Positions 27,858-40,808 of a stretch of 64,000 nt of DNA are shown piece by piece (position 1 is the stretch's first letter; the number at the start of each line of letters is the position of its first letter). The stretch is taken from assembly GCA_964016885.1 (NCBI GenBank), contig OZ024748.1, forward strand, positions 11,346,001 through 11,410,000, given 5' to 3'. The notes beneath the pieces are model-generated. The model worked only from the letters and a program-made list of their open reading frames with translations. It was not told the DNA's origin and ran no database searches. Both the position numbers and the translations under genes were made by a program. The stretch is from Eledone cirrhosa. Its lineage: Eukaryota.

Positions 27858-28028
27858 ATATAACAGAAACCAACTTAGTCGAATCTATCCAAAACGACAA
27901 CGGGTTGACTCCTCCAATTTCTATCCTGTTCCAATGTGGGGCTGTGGATCTCAAATGCTAGCCCTAAATTATCAAACTGGTGACCGAAGTATGCATTTAA
28001 ATCACAGTCGGTTTGCCATGAATGGCCA
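27858..28028 (+). CDS. PLCG1: PLC-gamma exon: Y box core
   Basis: AC acceptor, GTAAGT donor; YNRNQLSRIYPKRQRVDSSNFYPVPMWGCGSQMLALNYQTGDRSMHLNHSRFAMNG, hallmark PLC Y motifs. Confidence 0.95.
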
Positions 28029-29842
28029 GTAAGTTATAATTTGTCTTATATTTTTCATCTTCTTTTACAATACATTGCTGATGTGGATAGCGCCATTGGC
28101 AGATGTTGGTACAACAACCTAAATTTACAAGTTTGTATTCTGTTACAAGGAATATTGATGCTTCTTCAAAATTTCTACAAATAATATCAATGTGTTAACC
28201 TTTCACATGCTGTTGGTGACACAAAGCACCATAGAGTAACCTCCCCTTAATACATAATACATAATACATAATACAGTGTCAAGGGAAACAACTCAAAAAT
28301 TACTAGCTCGCTAAAGGTTAAAACATAAGCTAGTGCTCAACAGAAAAGTTATATTGTTATTGTTACCATTAAGAGTTATCTCCCTTGATATAACATTTTT
28401 TTTACTATAGTTATCTTATTCATTTATAATGGGCATTAGATAGATATCAATGTGTGGCCTAGTGGTAAGTGTGTTGGACTTAGGATTATAATATGGGTTT
28501 GATTCCTGGACCAGGTTATGTATGTGTTGTGTTCTTGAGCAAAACATACATCATTTCATGTTACTCCAGTATACTCTGATGAAAATGAGTATCAGCAATA
28601 GCTGAGAGTTTAACACTGCAATGACTGGCATCCTGTCCATCTTGTAAGGTGGTCAGTCTGGTGACATGACATAAAGCACCTGGTCCAGCTAGTTAGTTTG
28701 TAGTGCTGGTGACGGGATGAAAAGTACCCAGTCCACTCTGTAAGGAGATTGTACTAGTGACATGACAAAAAGCACCTAATCCACCCTGTAAGGTACTTGT
28801 GCTGGTGACAGGAAGAAAAGTACCCAGTTCATCTTGCCAGTTGGTCATTTTAGAGCCATGATGAAAAGCACCCAGTCCATGCTGTAAATGTGGTTGGCAC
28901 TAAGGGCATCTGGTGGCTGTAGAAACCAAACCAAAAATAGTTTTGTATGAGCAAGACATGGTCATTTAATCTGACTTCTCTCACAATGTCAGGAGAACTA
29001 GTCTACCCCCATGCTAGCATAGAAAAATGGTCGCTAAACAGTGATGATGATGATGAATTCTATATGTATTGGTGGCCTCCTCACAAGATAATATACTGCA
29101 GTCTACTACCTTAACTACATTGTGTATCACTGTGTAATTTTCATGTAAGAAATGTCTCAAAGTGAATCATCGTCATCGTCATCACCATCACCATCATCAT
29201 CACCGTTTAGCATCCATTTTTCTATGCTTGCATGGATTAGACGGGTTGTCCACCCTGGGAGGCAAGTCTGGCCAGAGTTGGCTATGCTGTACCCTTGCTC
29301 TGATGAAGACTGTAAATTTGGCTGGGTATTTTACAGCTGTATGCCTTTCCTAACACCAACCACAGTTATAGTATAACAATTGTTTCTACTTTTGGCACAA
29401 ATCCAGCAATTGACCCAGTGCATTACTGGTACTTTTATTTTATCGACCCTGTAAGGATGAAAGGCAAAGTTAACCTTGGCGGGATTTGAACTCAGACCGT
29501 AAAGGGCTGTAACTTTATGTTGCAAAGCATGGTGTCTGACACTCTACCGATACTGCCAAACCACAATAATGGTTTTTGATTTAGGCACAAGGCCTGGAGA
29601 AGGAAAAGTCGATTAAATCGACACCAGTACATTACTGGTACTTTTATTTTATCAACCCTGTAAGAATGAAAGGCAAAGTTAACCATGGCGGGATTTGAAC
29701 TTAGACCGTAAGTTTAACTCTATGTTGTGAAGCATGGTGTCCGACGCTCTACCGATTCTGCCACTCCACCATATAATAATAAACTAGAGTTTGTTTCCAT
29801 TGTTTGACAATCATATTTACAGAATTGTTTGTTGTTTTTCAG

Positions 29843-29945
29843 GTGTGGTTACGTACTACAACCAGAGTGTATGAGGGCTGAGGACTATGACCCCTTTAGT
29901 GTACATACAATGAAAGGAATGGAACCAATGATGATAACAATGACA
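29843..29945 (+). CDS. PLCG1: PLC-gamma exon: end of Y box / start of C2
   Basis: CAG/GTAAGC, phase 2-0; CGYVLQPECMRAEDYDPFSVHTMKGMEPMMITMT. Confidence 0.95.
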
Positions 29946-30280
29946 GTAAGCTACTTGGTCTTTGTTAATTGTTGTTGTTTTAACACATCCCTTGTATTGA
30001 GTTCTTCCTATTAGTCTACAAATTCTAATGCACTCACGCTTCAAACTTGATATTCGAAATAACTTTGTTTATAAAAGCAATAATTTTTAAATATTTATCA
30101 GAAATATATTTTTTTCATGATTTAATTTCATCCTTACAAGAGTCAATAAGATAAAGTACCAGTAATGCACTGGGGTTGACTTAATCAACTTTCCCCTCCC
30201 TCCACCAATATTGTTGGACTTGTGCCTGAATCAGAAATCATTATTTAATTTCTTTATTTTCTATTTTTAATGAAATCCAG

Positions 30281-30395
30281 ATTATTGGAGCACGGCATTT
30301 AGTGAAACAAGGTCGGGGCATTGCCAGCCCCCTGGTTGAAGTCGAGGTTTGTGGGTTGGAGTGTGACACCCACAAATGGCATTCAAGTACAAAAG
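30281..30395 (+). CDS. PLCG1: PLC-gamma exon: C2 domain part 1
   Basis: CAG/GTAAAC, phase 0-1; IIGARHLVKQGRGIASPLVEVEVCGLECDTHKWHSSTK. Confidence 0.95.
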
Positions 30396-30513
30396 GTAAA
30401 CATTTTTATAGATGTCTTTTGAATGGAACTGTTATTTTTCTCCCACAAAATTCTTTTCCGTTTCTGGCACTGCCCGTTTCCTCAAACTTTCTCTTCTTTA
30501 ATTTTCAATTCTA

Positions 30514-30550
30514 TTTTCTGATGAAGGACTAGTGTCCGAAACGTTAAGAC
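30514..30550 (+). ncRNA. Minimal hammerhead-like motif in a Penelope-type tail
   Basis: ttt-CTGATGA-a-ggac tagt gtcc-GAAACGTT-A-aga; palindromic AACGTT helix III; homologous element on - strand at 52800-52990. Confidence 0.6.
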
Positions 30551-31160
30551 CCTTTTCCTACTATATCAAGCATAAAACTAATAATATATTTCTTCATTGT
30601 ACTGTGTCATTTGCTTTGTTATTTCTGTTTGCCTTTTGTATATATATATATATATATATCGAGAGAGAGAGAGATATAAATATACATGGGTGTGTATGAT
30701 TGTGTATAGAAGATTATATTAATAAGAGGAATTCCAACTTTGTCTGATTTACTCGTTTTATTTACAATCCTTTAAAATTTATAATGGTATTATAATGAAA
30801 TAGTATGATAGAATATTAAAACACTTAACATTTAATATTCTATCCTACTATTTCATTATAATACCATATATATAATACCATATATATATATATATATATA
30901 ATTTTTGATGGTTTAGTGTTAAAAAATAAAAAGCTGATGATAAAATAAAAATATATTTTTAAAAACTGTGGCCTTCAAGCGTGTGTGGCCCTAAGCTATA
31001 GCTTATAAGTCCAACACTGGCTAATACAGTACAATGTCCATATTCTAACCTGGGTATACACATCAAATTATATCCAGGCACAAGCACCAAATTATTTAAT
31101 GAACCATATGTATTATATGTATTTCTAAAAATATATGTTTTTTTTTCTTTCTATTTTTAG

Positions 31161-31319
31161 TGGACAGTGGCCTAAATCCAGTTTGGAACGAAGTATGTCA
31201 CTTTGACATTGAGTGTCCTGACCTGGCCTTGTTACGTATTGTTGTACAAGTGGAAGATATGGTAGGAGAACCCAGTTTTCTTGGACAGGCTGGTTTCCCT
31301 GTACACACATTGCAATATG
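31161..31319 (+). CDS. PLCG1: PLC-gamma exon: C2 domain part 2
   Basis: TAG/GTAAGG, phase 1-1; (V)DSGLNPVWNEVCHFDIECPDLALLRIVVQVEDMVGEPSFLGQAGFPVHTLQY. Confidence 0.95.
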
Positions 31320-32383
31320 GTAAGGAAGAAGCTAATGATACATTTCACAAAAGACACCATCATCTGTTCATCATTGATAGCTATAGTTTGATGTTTCTAT
31401 AGAAGTCTGTTATTAGGCCATATGTCCAACCCATGCTTGCTAGCATGGAAAAATCATCATCATCATCATCATCATCTGTTTAACATCCCAGTTTTCCATG
31501 AGTGAGATGAGTTGTCCTGCTGTGAGGCAAGTCAGATCAGATGAGCACGTCATGCTAATGCAGAACTGTTTCTGGGTTGGTTTCCTATGGCTGGATTCCC
31601 TTCCTAACGCACACCACATTTACAGTGTGGACTGGGTGCTTTTTATTGTGCACCCCCTCCCCCCTCATCCCCAAGCACTTTACAAAAGTGGGTGTAAAAC
31701 AGAGATGATGTTTAGATGCAGTATAGATGAATGGTTAAGAAGTTCACTTCGCTATTATAATTGTTTCTACTTTTGGCACAAGGCCAGCAATTACTCAGTA
31801 CATTACTGGTACTTTATTTTATCGACCCCGTAAAGATGAAAGGCAAAGTTAACCTCGGCGGGATTTGAACTCAGACTGTAAATGGACGTAACTATGCTAA
31901 AAAAGCATGGCTGGGTTCACTTTCGCTGTGTAGCATCTGAAGCAAAATTTTCACCATGGGTTAGCCTATGGTTCTACCTAAGTCTTTTCATAATGTTCTG
32001 AGTTTAATCCTGCTGTGTAGCATCTTGAGCAAATATCTCATCATGGATCAACCTATGGATCAAATTAAATCTTGTGTCATAATGTTCTCAGTTCCTTCTC
32101 ACTCTAGCATCTTTGAGCAAATATCGCCCCCATGGATCAACCTAAGTCTTGTGTTATAATGTTTTTGGTTCCTTCCAACTCTAGCATCTTGAGCAAATAT
32201 CTCAACATGATAGTTTCCAAACAATTTCTGTTTGGAAACTAATTATATAGATTGAACCTGTAATTAAAAGATCTTGCCTTGTCACACACTGTGTCAGGCT
32301 GAATCTCAACCTTTGTTGATGTCAGTGTTTTGCTCTAAAAATAATTATCATATTCTAACAAATTTCTCTCCATCTCATCTCAG

Positions 32384-32472
32384 GTTATCGAGTTGTTCCA
32401 CTACTAAATGCTTATTCTGAAGAGTTGGAGTTGGCGTCTCTGTTAATCCATTTTGATATAAAGAACACAAGA
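32384..32472 (+). CDS. PLCG1: PLC-gamma exon: C2 domain end
   Basis: CAG/GTGAGT, phase 1-0; (G)YRVVPLLNAYSEELELASLLIHFDIKNTR. Confidence 0.95.
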
Positions 32473-33058
32473 GTGAGTGTTTATTTTTTAAATTTTATTT
32501 CCATTTCTATTCACTGCTTTCTATTCTGGCACTTGTTGGATGAATCATCAGAATTTGGGTCAGTTTTGGAGACTCTTAGAACTGTCACGGGCACTGTACC
32601 TTCCCTGCCACCAATCTCGGAGACCCTGGTAAACAGTCACGGAAACTGAAACCCGTTGTTGACATTGTCTTGACCTTCCGCCAGTTATGGAGATCTTAAA
32701 AAAAAATCCTAGGCACTCCCTTTCCCTTAACCAGTGTTGGAGACCCTGAACATCATCGCTAACAATGGTTTCTTATATAGGCACAAGGCCAGCAATTTGG
32801 GGGAGGGGAAAGTCAATTAAATCAACCCCAGTGCGTGACTGGTACTTTATTTTATCGACCCCCGTAAGGATGAAAGGCAAAGTTAACCTCGGCGGAATTT
32901 GAACACAGATCATAAAGGGCCGTAACTTTATGCTGCAAAGCGTGGCGTCTAACCCCTCTACCGATATTGCCAATCCACCGCCCTCACTAACAAAGCCTAT
33001 GGTCCCAAGGCCCCATATTTTGCCCTAACTAACTGATATATATCTGAAATCTTTACAG

Positions 33059-33234
33059 GACAGTGAAGATCAGGAAATTTACAGTTCCATCCAAGAATTA
33101 CGGAAACGAACTGACGAACTAATGGAGAAACTGGAAGATGTAGAAGACGCTACACAACGTAATATTGTGGAAGAGCAGCTTAATGAAGCTACAGAGAAAT
33201 TAATGGCTAAGAGAGAGGAACGGAAACAGAAGAA
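33059..33234 (+). CDS. PLCG1: PLC-gamma exon: C-terminal charged helical / coiled-coil tail
   Basis: CTAAC branch, CAG/GTAAGT, phase 0-2; DSEDQEIYSSIQELRKRTDELMEKLEDVEDATQRNIVEEQLNEATEKLMAKREERKQK. Confidence 0.88.
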
Positions 33235-33358
33235 GTAAGTCTGTTTGTGTGTGGTGTAGGGTGAGGTGTGTGGTGTGGTGTGGTGTAGGCTATATATGTG
33301 TATGTGTGGTGTAATTTGTGTGTGTGTGGTGTAGGGTATGTGTGTGTGTATATGTATA

Positions 33359-33917
33359 GGTGTTAATGAGTGTGGGAGTGAAGGAGTGTTGATGAAAATT
33401 TTAAGGGATTAAAGCATACATATTTACACACACAGATATATATACACATATATACATATATACACAGAAAATAGTGAATGGCAACAGCAAGATAATTGAT
33501 TGGGAGTGGTGTTGGGGTTGTTTAAAGGGTGTTTAAGAAAGGGGCTGTAAAGGTGCCCCCCTGCTGGTTCAATTTCAGTAAATGACCTTTGATGAATATA
33601 ATGGCAGGATGTTTGTCACATTCGTTTCTTATAGCTGAATCAACTGTCTTAAATTTATAAAGAATACCTTCAACAATTTTCTATATTAAAGATGAATTCA
33701 GGTGTGTCTGGTGGAGGTGGGGTTAATGAGGTGTAAGGTACATGTCTTTTGATAAGAATGGGATGACAGCAAAGAGGAGAATAAGGATAGTTTTGGAATA
33801 TTTGTCAGAGATGTATGTTGTTGATATTGGTTTGGGAGAGGAAATGTGTGTGTGTGGGGGAGGAGGGATGCTAGCTCACATATTTACTTCCCTACATGTA
33901 AACATACTTACAGACCA
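33359..33917. repeat. Left arm of long inverted repeat (partner 37378-37894)
   Basis: Reverse complement of 37378-37894 with about 5 substitutions, a 2-bp indel and a 44-bp simple-repeat insert (33421-33464). Confidence 0.95.
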
Positions 33918-34064
33918 CACACACACACATATATATATATATACAGATACACACACATACATATATATATACACATGTATATATATATATATATATTCAC
34001 ACCTACATACATACACACACACACACACGCACACACACACATATATGTATACAGATACACACAC

Positions 34065-34097
<33 letters not shown>

Positions 34098-34126
34098 TAC
34101 ACATGTAAATATATATATTCACACCT

Positions 34127-34165
<39 letters not shown>

Positions 34166-34459
34166 CACAAAATTGATGGAAGTTACGGAGTAGGTAGACC
34201 CAGAAAAACATGAGACGACTTGATAAATTCCAACCTTACACATTTGCACCTCTCTAAGACAATGTCACTGGACCGAGATCTTTGGCGCCATGCAGTAATA
34301 CAGAAGACCCGCCTTGCCTGTGTACAAAGCGAAACCTACAGTCAGTGGGCACCTCTTAACCAAATATACACCCCAACCCACTACCCCTACTCCATCCTTC
34401 CACTCCCACCAACACCACCCTTTCGCTGTACAGTTATGTTGGTACCACAACATCAAAGT

Positions 34460-34718
34460 CCAAACTAATGAGGTCGTGTAGGTGTCACGACAAAAAAAAA
34501 CACACAGTCCACGCTGTAATGTGGCCGTGTAGGTAACACGGTAAAAAGTTCCCAGTCCACACTGTAAACGTGGTTGGTGTTAGGAAGGGCATCCAGCCGT
34601 AGAAAACCTGCCAGATACCGAGCGAGACATGGTCACCTGACCAATCTTGTCTCAAGTGGGACAATTCCCGTCCAAACCCATGCTAGCGAGGAAGATAGAC
34701 GTTAAACGATGATGATGA
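34460..34718 (+). mobile_element. Non-autonomous repeat sharing the RTE 3' tail
   Basis: GGTTGGTGTTAGGAAGGGCATCCAGC...CCCATGCTAGC..GGAA..GACGTTAAAC(GAT)n; copies at 25510-25677, 27620-27825, 28650-29055, 29160-29365 (-), 31460-31650 (-), 43510-43670. Confidence 0.7.
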
Positions 34719-34787
34719 TATATATATACCTACATACATATATACATACGTACACACCCACACATATATATATATATACATGCACAT

Positions 34788-36170
34788 TCGAAAAATGCGA
34801 CACCACCGTTAGAGAAGAAATAAACAAAAGAAGCAACAGCAATGTACGGGAAAAACTCTTTGACCTATGGAAGCGAGATACAATCAGAGAGGAATTAAAA
34901 TCAAAGAAAATCTTGGAGTCAAGAAGACAATGGCTACAAGAATATGAAAAAAACTATGGGAAAGACCAAATAAAATCCAAAAATCAAGCCCATAAGAAAC
35001 CCTCAAATTCAGGAATATGCAAAACCACAAGAAATGAAGAATACTCATGCAATAAACAAACTTCAACCAGAGATTGGAGAATCCCAAACCCACAATTATA
35101 CACAGACCAAATACTAAACACCAGAACCAAATACCACTACTGTCAAAACCCCCAAGAACAATTACCAGCGGCAAAATCAAAGATGTATGAAGACCGAACA
35201 GAACAGCAAAGAACCAGATCTCCATATATCAACCACCAAACAATATTCTATTGTTCAGAAAATTATCAACATGAAATGCCAGCAAACAGAATATTTCACC
35301 ACAACAGAAACACCGCTACCTCAAATGGGAATTATTTTTTAGAACAAATGAAAGAAAAAAAGAAAAAAAAACACCACCCTTCAAGTGGCACTCGACGAGA
35401 AAGCCCCAAAGGAACCAAAAATAATCAACATATCGGCCAAAAAACTAACACAACAGGAAATCAAACTGCTAGAAAATGGACTGAAATTCACACCCACTCC
35501 GAAAGCAGATCAAGCCGACTTTATAAAAGACACAGAAGATTGTTGTAAAAAATTACGTCTTGGAGAATTCTTCCAGGGTGTAGGTTACAAGGAGGAATCA
35601 CTAGTGAAAAACAGAAAGAACTTCAAACTCCCATTAAATAGAGACAAACACCTGGAGAAATACATAACCTACCTCTGACGATCGGCGCAGTCAAATATTG
35701 CAGAGACGAAACACAAATGCAACATTCCTACAGACTAGCACTAAACAAAATTTACGTCTGATAATGAAACAATGCAAGTTAAAAGATGCGGGGACCCTCG
35801 AAGTGGAACTTCTGAACACATTGAAGAGGGTGGGAAAAATCTTTAAAAACAACCAGATTTTCAAAGTTAATGCAAACATGAATTGCAAAACCAAAAACTT
35901 AATTTACTGTGCAACCTTCCCACAATGTAAAGAATACTACATTGGTGAAACCGGAACAGGTCTACATGACAGAGTTTGAGTACATAAACAACAAATTAGA
36001 GACCCCTCTATCAGAAAACCACATGCAGTGAACACTTCGCAATATGCGGAAAGGGAAAATTCACAATTTCCCCTTCTTTAAGAAATGGTTGGACGACGAA
36101 CATTTCCGAAAATATAAAGAATTCTTCATTAGAAAGTACAAACCACTACTGAACACTAAAAAATGATATC
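34788..36170 (+). mobile_element. Degraded, internally deleted Penelope-like retroelement (N-terminal region + GIY-YIG endonuclease, RT core missing)
   Basis: IINISAKKLTQQEIKLLENGLKFTPTPK (PLE pre-RT motif) jumps near 35677 to NCKTKNLIYCATFPQCKEYYIGETGTGLHDRV*VHKQQI (GIY-YIG); frameshifts and stops. Confidence 0.8.
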
Positions 36171-36619
36171 CCATCTTCAAATAACGAGATTCTCCCCCCC
36201 TCTCTCTTTTCTTTAAAAAATCGTATATTGAAAAAAGAAAAATATCCAAATAGAAGTTGATGCCACCTGCACTTTCAAACATTTCATCATTGGAGAGGAG
36301 AACAACCCTCAGAGGTACACTAACATTTCATTAATTCCCTCTTCCCCACCCCAATATTTATGTAAACTTAAATACTTGAGTAGATGTGTGTGTGTAGATG
36401 TGTTTGTATGTATGTCTGTAGGTGTACAGGTATGTTGTGTATACATGTGTATGTATGTATGTGCGCATGTGTGTGTGTATGAATATATGTGTATGCATGT
36501 GTATATATATATGTATATATATATATATATATACACGTGTGTGTGTGTATGTATGTATGTGCATATATGAGTAGATATGTGTGTATGTATATATATGTAT
36601 GTATGTGTGTGTGTGTGTA

Positions 36620-36661
<42 letters not shown>

Positions 36662-36949
36662 CATGTATATACACGAAAAACATGGGTGGAGGTCGTGCGA
36701 GCAGACCCCAGATCGCTGAAGCTCACGGTGGAGATGACGAAGGACCGTGACAAATGGAGAGATGCAAGCCGTCCAAACCCATGCAAGCGTGGAACACGGA
36801 CGTTAAACGTTGATGATGATGATGATATATATATCATCATCATCTTCGTTTAACATCCATTTTCCATGCTAGCATGGGTTATCTATATATATATATATGT
36901 GTGTGTGTGTGTATATGTATATATATATATATATGTGTGTGTGTATATG

Positions 36950-37020
<71 letters not shown>

Positions 37021-37129
37021 ATATGTATATATATATGTGTGTGTGTATATGTATATATATATATATATGTGTGTGTATATGTATATATATATATATATGT
37101 GTATATGTGTATATATATATATGTGTGTG

Positions 37130-37160
<31 letters not shown>

Positions 37161-37269
37161 ATATGTGTATATATATGTGTGTGTGTGTATATATATATAT
37201 ATATGTGTATATATATATGTGTGTGTGTATATGTATATATATATATGTGTATATGTGTATATATATATA

Positions 37270-37346
<77 letters not shown>

Positions 37347-37377
37347 ATGTGTGCATGTGTGTGTATGTATATGTATA

Positions 37378-37894
37378 TGGTCTGTAAGTATGTTTACATG
37401 TAGGGAAGTAAATATGTGAGCTAGCATGCCCCCTCCCCCACACACACACATTTCCTCTCCCAAACCAATATCAACAACATACATCTCTGACAAATATTCC
37501 AAAACTATCCTTATTCTCCTCTTTGCTGTCATCCCATTCTTATCAAAAGACATGTATCTTACACCTCATTAACCCCACCTCCACCAGACACACACCTGAA
37601 TTCATCTTTAATACAGAAAATTGTTGAAGGTATTCTTTATAAATTTAAGACAGTTGATTCAGCTATAAGAAACGAATGTGACAAACATCCTGCCATTATA
37701 TTCATCAAAGGTCATTTACTGAAATGGAACCAGCAGGGGGGCACCTTTACAGCCCCTTTCTTAAACACCCTTTAAACAACCCCAACACCACTCCCAATCA
37801 ATTATCTTGCTGTTGCCATTCACTATTTTCTGTGTATGCTTTAATCCCTTAAAATTTTCATCAACACTCCTTCACTCCCACACTCATTAACACC
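37378..37894. repeat. Right arm of long inverted repeat (partner 33359-33917)
   Basis: Direct reverse-complement comparison; the same spurious ORF MSFDKNGMTAKRR appears on both strands. Confidence 0.95.
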
Positions 37895-38310
37895 CTGCCC
37901 CCTGACACACCCAAATCTCTCTGGACGAATGCCAGAAAGTTCTCCAGGAAAGTTAACCTGGAATCTTTAGAAATCTTCCCACGGAAGTTAACAAAGAACT
38001 TACTAGATCTACAAAACTAAATTGTAAAATTATTATATTATAAAATTAAATCAAATTGTTTAGAACTACAAGTGAAGTCATTCTTTTCCTTTTTTTCAAA
38101 TATACCTAACTCTTCCAAGGATTTCACACATTTTCCTATATATATATATATATATTTAATACAATAACAGAGATAACTTTAAGCTATATATATATAAAAA
38201 ATCTCTGCCTGCACAACATTCTTTGTTAACTTTATTTTCTATTTAATTTATTGTCTAATTATTAATTAATTGCTCATGTTTTATTGGCTTGTTTTCTTTT
38301 TTTTTTTCAG

Positions 38311-38359
38311 GCAAAGTTCCAGATCACAAATTGTTTACCGACGGACAGCCAACAACTAG
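38311..38359 (+). CDS. PLCG1: PLC-gamma probable terminal coding exon (to TAG stop)
   Basis: Strong poly-T + CAG acceptor, phase 2 matches; (K)QSSRSQIVYRRTANN*; no homology I can confirm by eye. Confidence 0.7.
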
Positions 38360-38738
38360 TTGTATATAAACCCCCCAATAATCAGTCCTTAACTCTTGCT
38401 CTCAGTCTCTCCCTCCACCACACTCTCTCTCCCTCTCTTACTCTCTTCCCCTCCAATTTCTTACCCTCTCTATCAATCTGTTACAATTTCTACAAATGTT
38501 GCCTTAATTTCCCACCGCAGGAAATCTTTAAAAGAAATGTTATTACTGTAATTAAGAATTTATTATTATCATCATCATAATTATAATTATCACCACCACC
38601 ACTATTTTAATTATTATTATTAATATTATTATTATTATTATTAATATTATCATACTTATATTATTATTATTGAAACATACTGAATTAAAGTGATTAAATT
38701 TACATCTATAAATAAATATATATATATATATACACATG

Positions 38739-38771
<33 letters not shown>

Positions 38772-39053
38772 GCATATTCACACACACATAAATATATAAA
38801 AGACATACATATGAACACATACACACACACACAAATACCCAAACACGCACACACACACTCAGTATATAAAATTAACAAAGAAATGGCTCAGCCACTGTCA
38901 GATCATTGGGTGCCCCACTGCTTTTTTTACCTCAACATTCATAGACTCAGGAAGTTGCTGCCATAAACACTACCACCACCACCACCACCACCACCACCAC
39001 TACCACCACCACCACCACCACTAACAACACCATAACATTATATATTTACACAC

Positions 39054-39243
39054 ACGGTGGATTGGCAGTATCGGTAGAGGTTCGGACGCCATGCTTTGAC
39101 GCATAGAGTTACGGCCCTTGCCATTCTGAGTTCAAATCCCGCCGAGGTTAACTTTGCCTTTCATCCTTACGGGGTCGATAAAATAAAGTACCAGTAATGT
39201 ACTGGGTAATTTTCTGGCCTTGTGCCAATAGTAGAAACAATTA
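39054..39243 (+). mobile_element. Full-length tRNA-derived SINE family 1 (cephalopod-type)
   Basis: Box A-like TGGCAGTATCGG, box B GAGTTCAAATCC, central GCCTTTCATCCTTACGGGGTCGATAAAAT, AT-rich tail; further + copies at 6075-6250, 14668-14890, 17565-18000, 40808-41030, 43024-43415, 47283-47615, 56184-56600. Confidence 0.85.
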
Positions 39244-39262
39244 TATATTTACACACACATAC

Positions 39263-39361
39263 ATACAGGATGTACCCCCAAAATGTATACTCACACCATA
39301 AGCATTCTAATAAATATTGCCTGTACAGGTAATCAAAGTGTGTATACATTTTTTGGAACAC

Positions 39362-39365
<4 letters not shown>
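39263..39365. mobile_element. Short mariner-like MITE (second copy 56973-57091)
   Basis: Degenerate TACAGGGTGTCCCAAAA-type TIRs; shared core TGCCTGTACAGGTAATCAAAGTGTGTATA. Confidence 0.6.
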
Positions 39366-39400
<35 letters not shown>

Positions 39401-39526
39401 AAAAAAGATGAAATAAATATTCTTAAAAAGATTCCAGTTGCATTTTCGATTTCATCTTTTTTCCTTATACTTTCATTCGTGTAGGACATCTCGTTTCTTT
39501 TTCATTTTGGAAAAAAACCTCATTTT

Positions 39527-39587
<61 letters not shown>

Positions 39588-39612
39588 ATATATATATATA
39601 TATTTGTATATG

Positions 39613-39644
<32 letters not shown>

Positions 39645-39739
39645 TTTGTATATGTATATATATATATGTATATATATGTATATATATATATGTATATATA
39701 TGTATATATATATATGTATATATATATATATACATACAC

Positions 39740-39778
<39 letters not shown>

Positions 39779-40088
39779 CATACACACCTATGCTAGCGTG
39801 GAAGATGGACGTTAAATGATGATGATGATGATGATGATATATGTAACAAACATACAGGTGTATGTACACTCACACACACACACACATTCACAATACAAAG
39901 GCGGTGCTCCAGCATGGTTTTAACTGTGATGGCTAAAATCATGAACTAAAGAACACGCATACACACTCACATGTACACATATACACACACACATACATGC
40001 ATTCTCTTTCTCTTTCTCTCTCTCTATATATATATATATGTATATATGTATACACCCACGTATATATTTCACATATGTGTATATACCA

Positions 40089-40129
<41 letters not shown>

Positions 40130-40775
40130 TAAACACACACACATGCATTTATCTCTCTCTCTCTCTCTATATATATATACATATATGTATGTATGTTTGT
40201 ATGTAAGTATGTATATATATATGTATATACCCACGTATATATTTCACACGTGTATATACCAACATATACTCACACATGCATACACACAAATAAAGAAAAT
40301 AAATACGCACAAATGCGCACGCGCGTGCGCGCACACACACATACATATGTACACATGCATAGACACATACGCTCATGTCATCTAACCTAACAGCCGACCT
40401 TTCAGCTGTCTTTAAATTCAAGAAAGTCACATTTTCAGTGTTTCTTGAATTCATCTTCAGAGATTTGCTGTTGATAGTTTTTTTTTTTTTTTCTTGAAAA
40501 AAAAAAAAACTTAAAAAAAGAAAACAAGATAAAAATAAATAAATAAAACAAGATAACAAAATTGTTAAAAAAAAACCCTAAAAAAATTCTTAAGAAAACA
40601 AAACATCAACAACAACAATAAAAAAAGCAAACTGCAAAAAAACCCCCCCAAAAAATTTAACCAAGTTTTACACAATTTATTTTTTTGCCAAACTGTCCAT
40701 TTTAAAGAGAGAAAACTTTTGTGTTTTTTTAATAATTTAAAATGAGAAATTAATCATGAAACATAACTGAAAAAA

Positions 40776-40808
<33 letters not shown>

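Noticed and set aside
33742-37553. Same ORF start MSFDKNGMTAKRR on both strands
   Set aside because: By-product of the inverted repeat; runs into microsatellite, no domain
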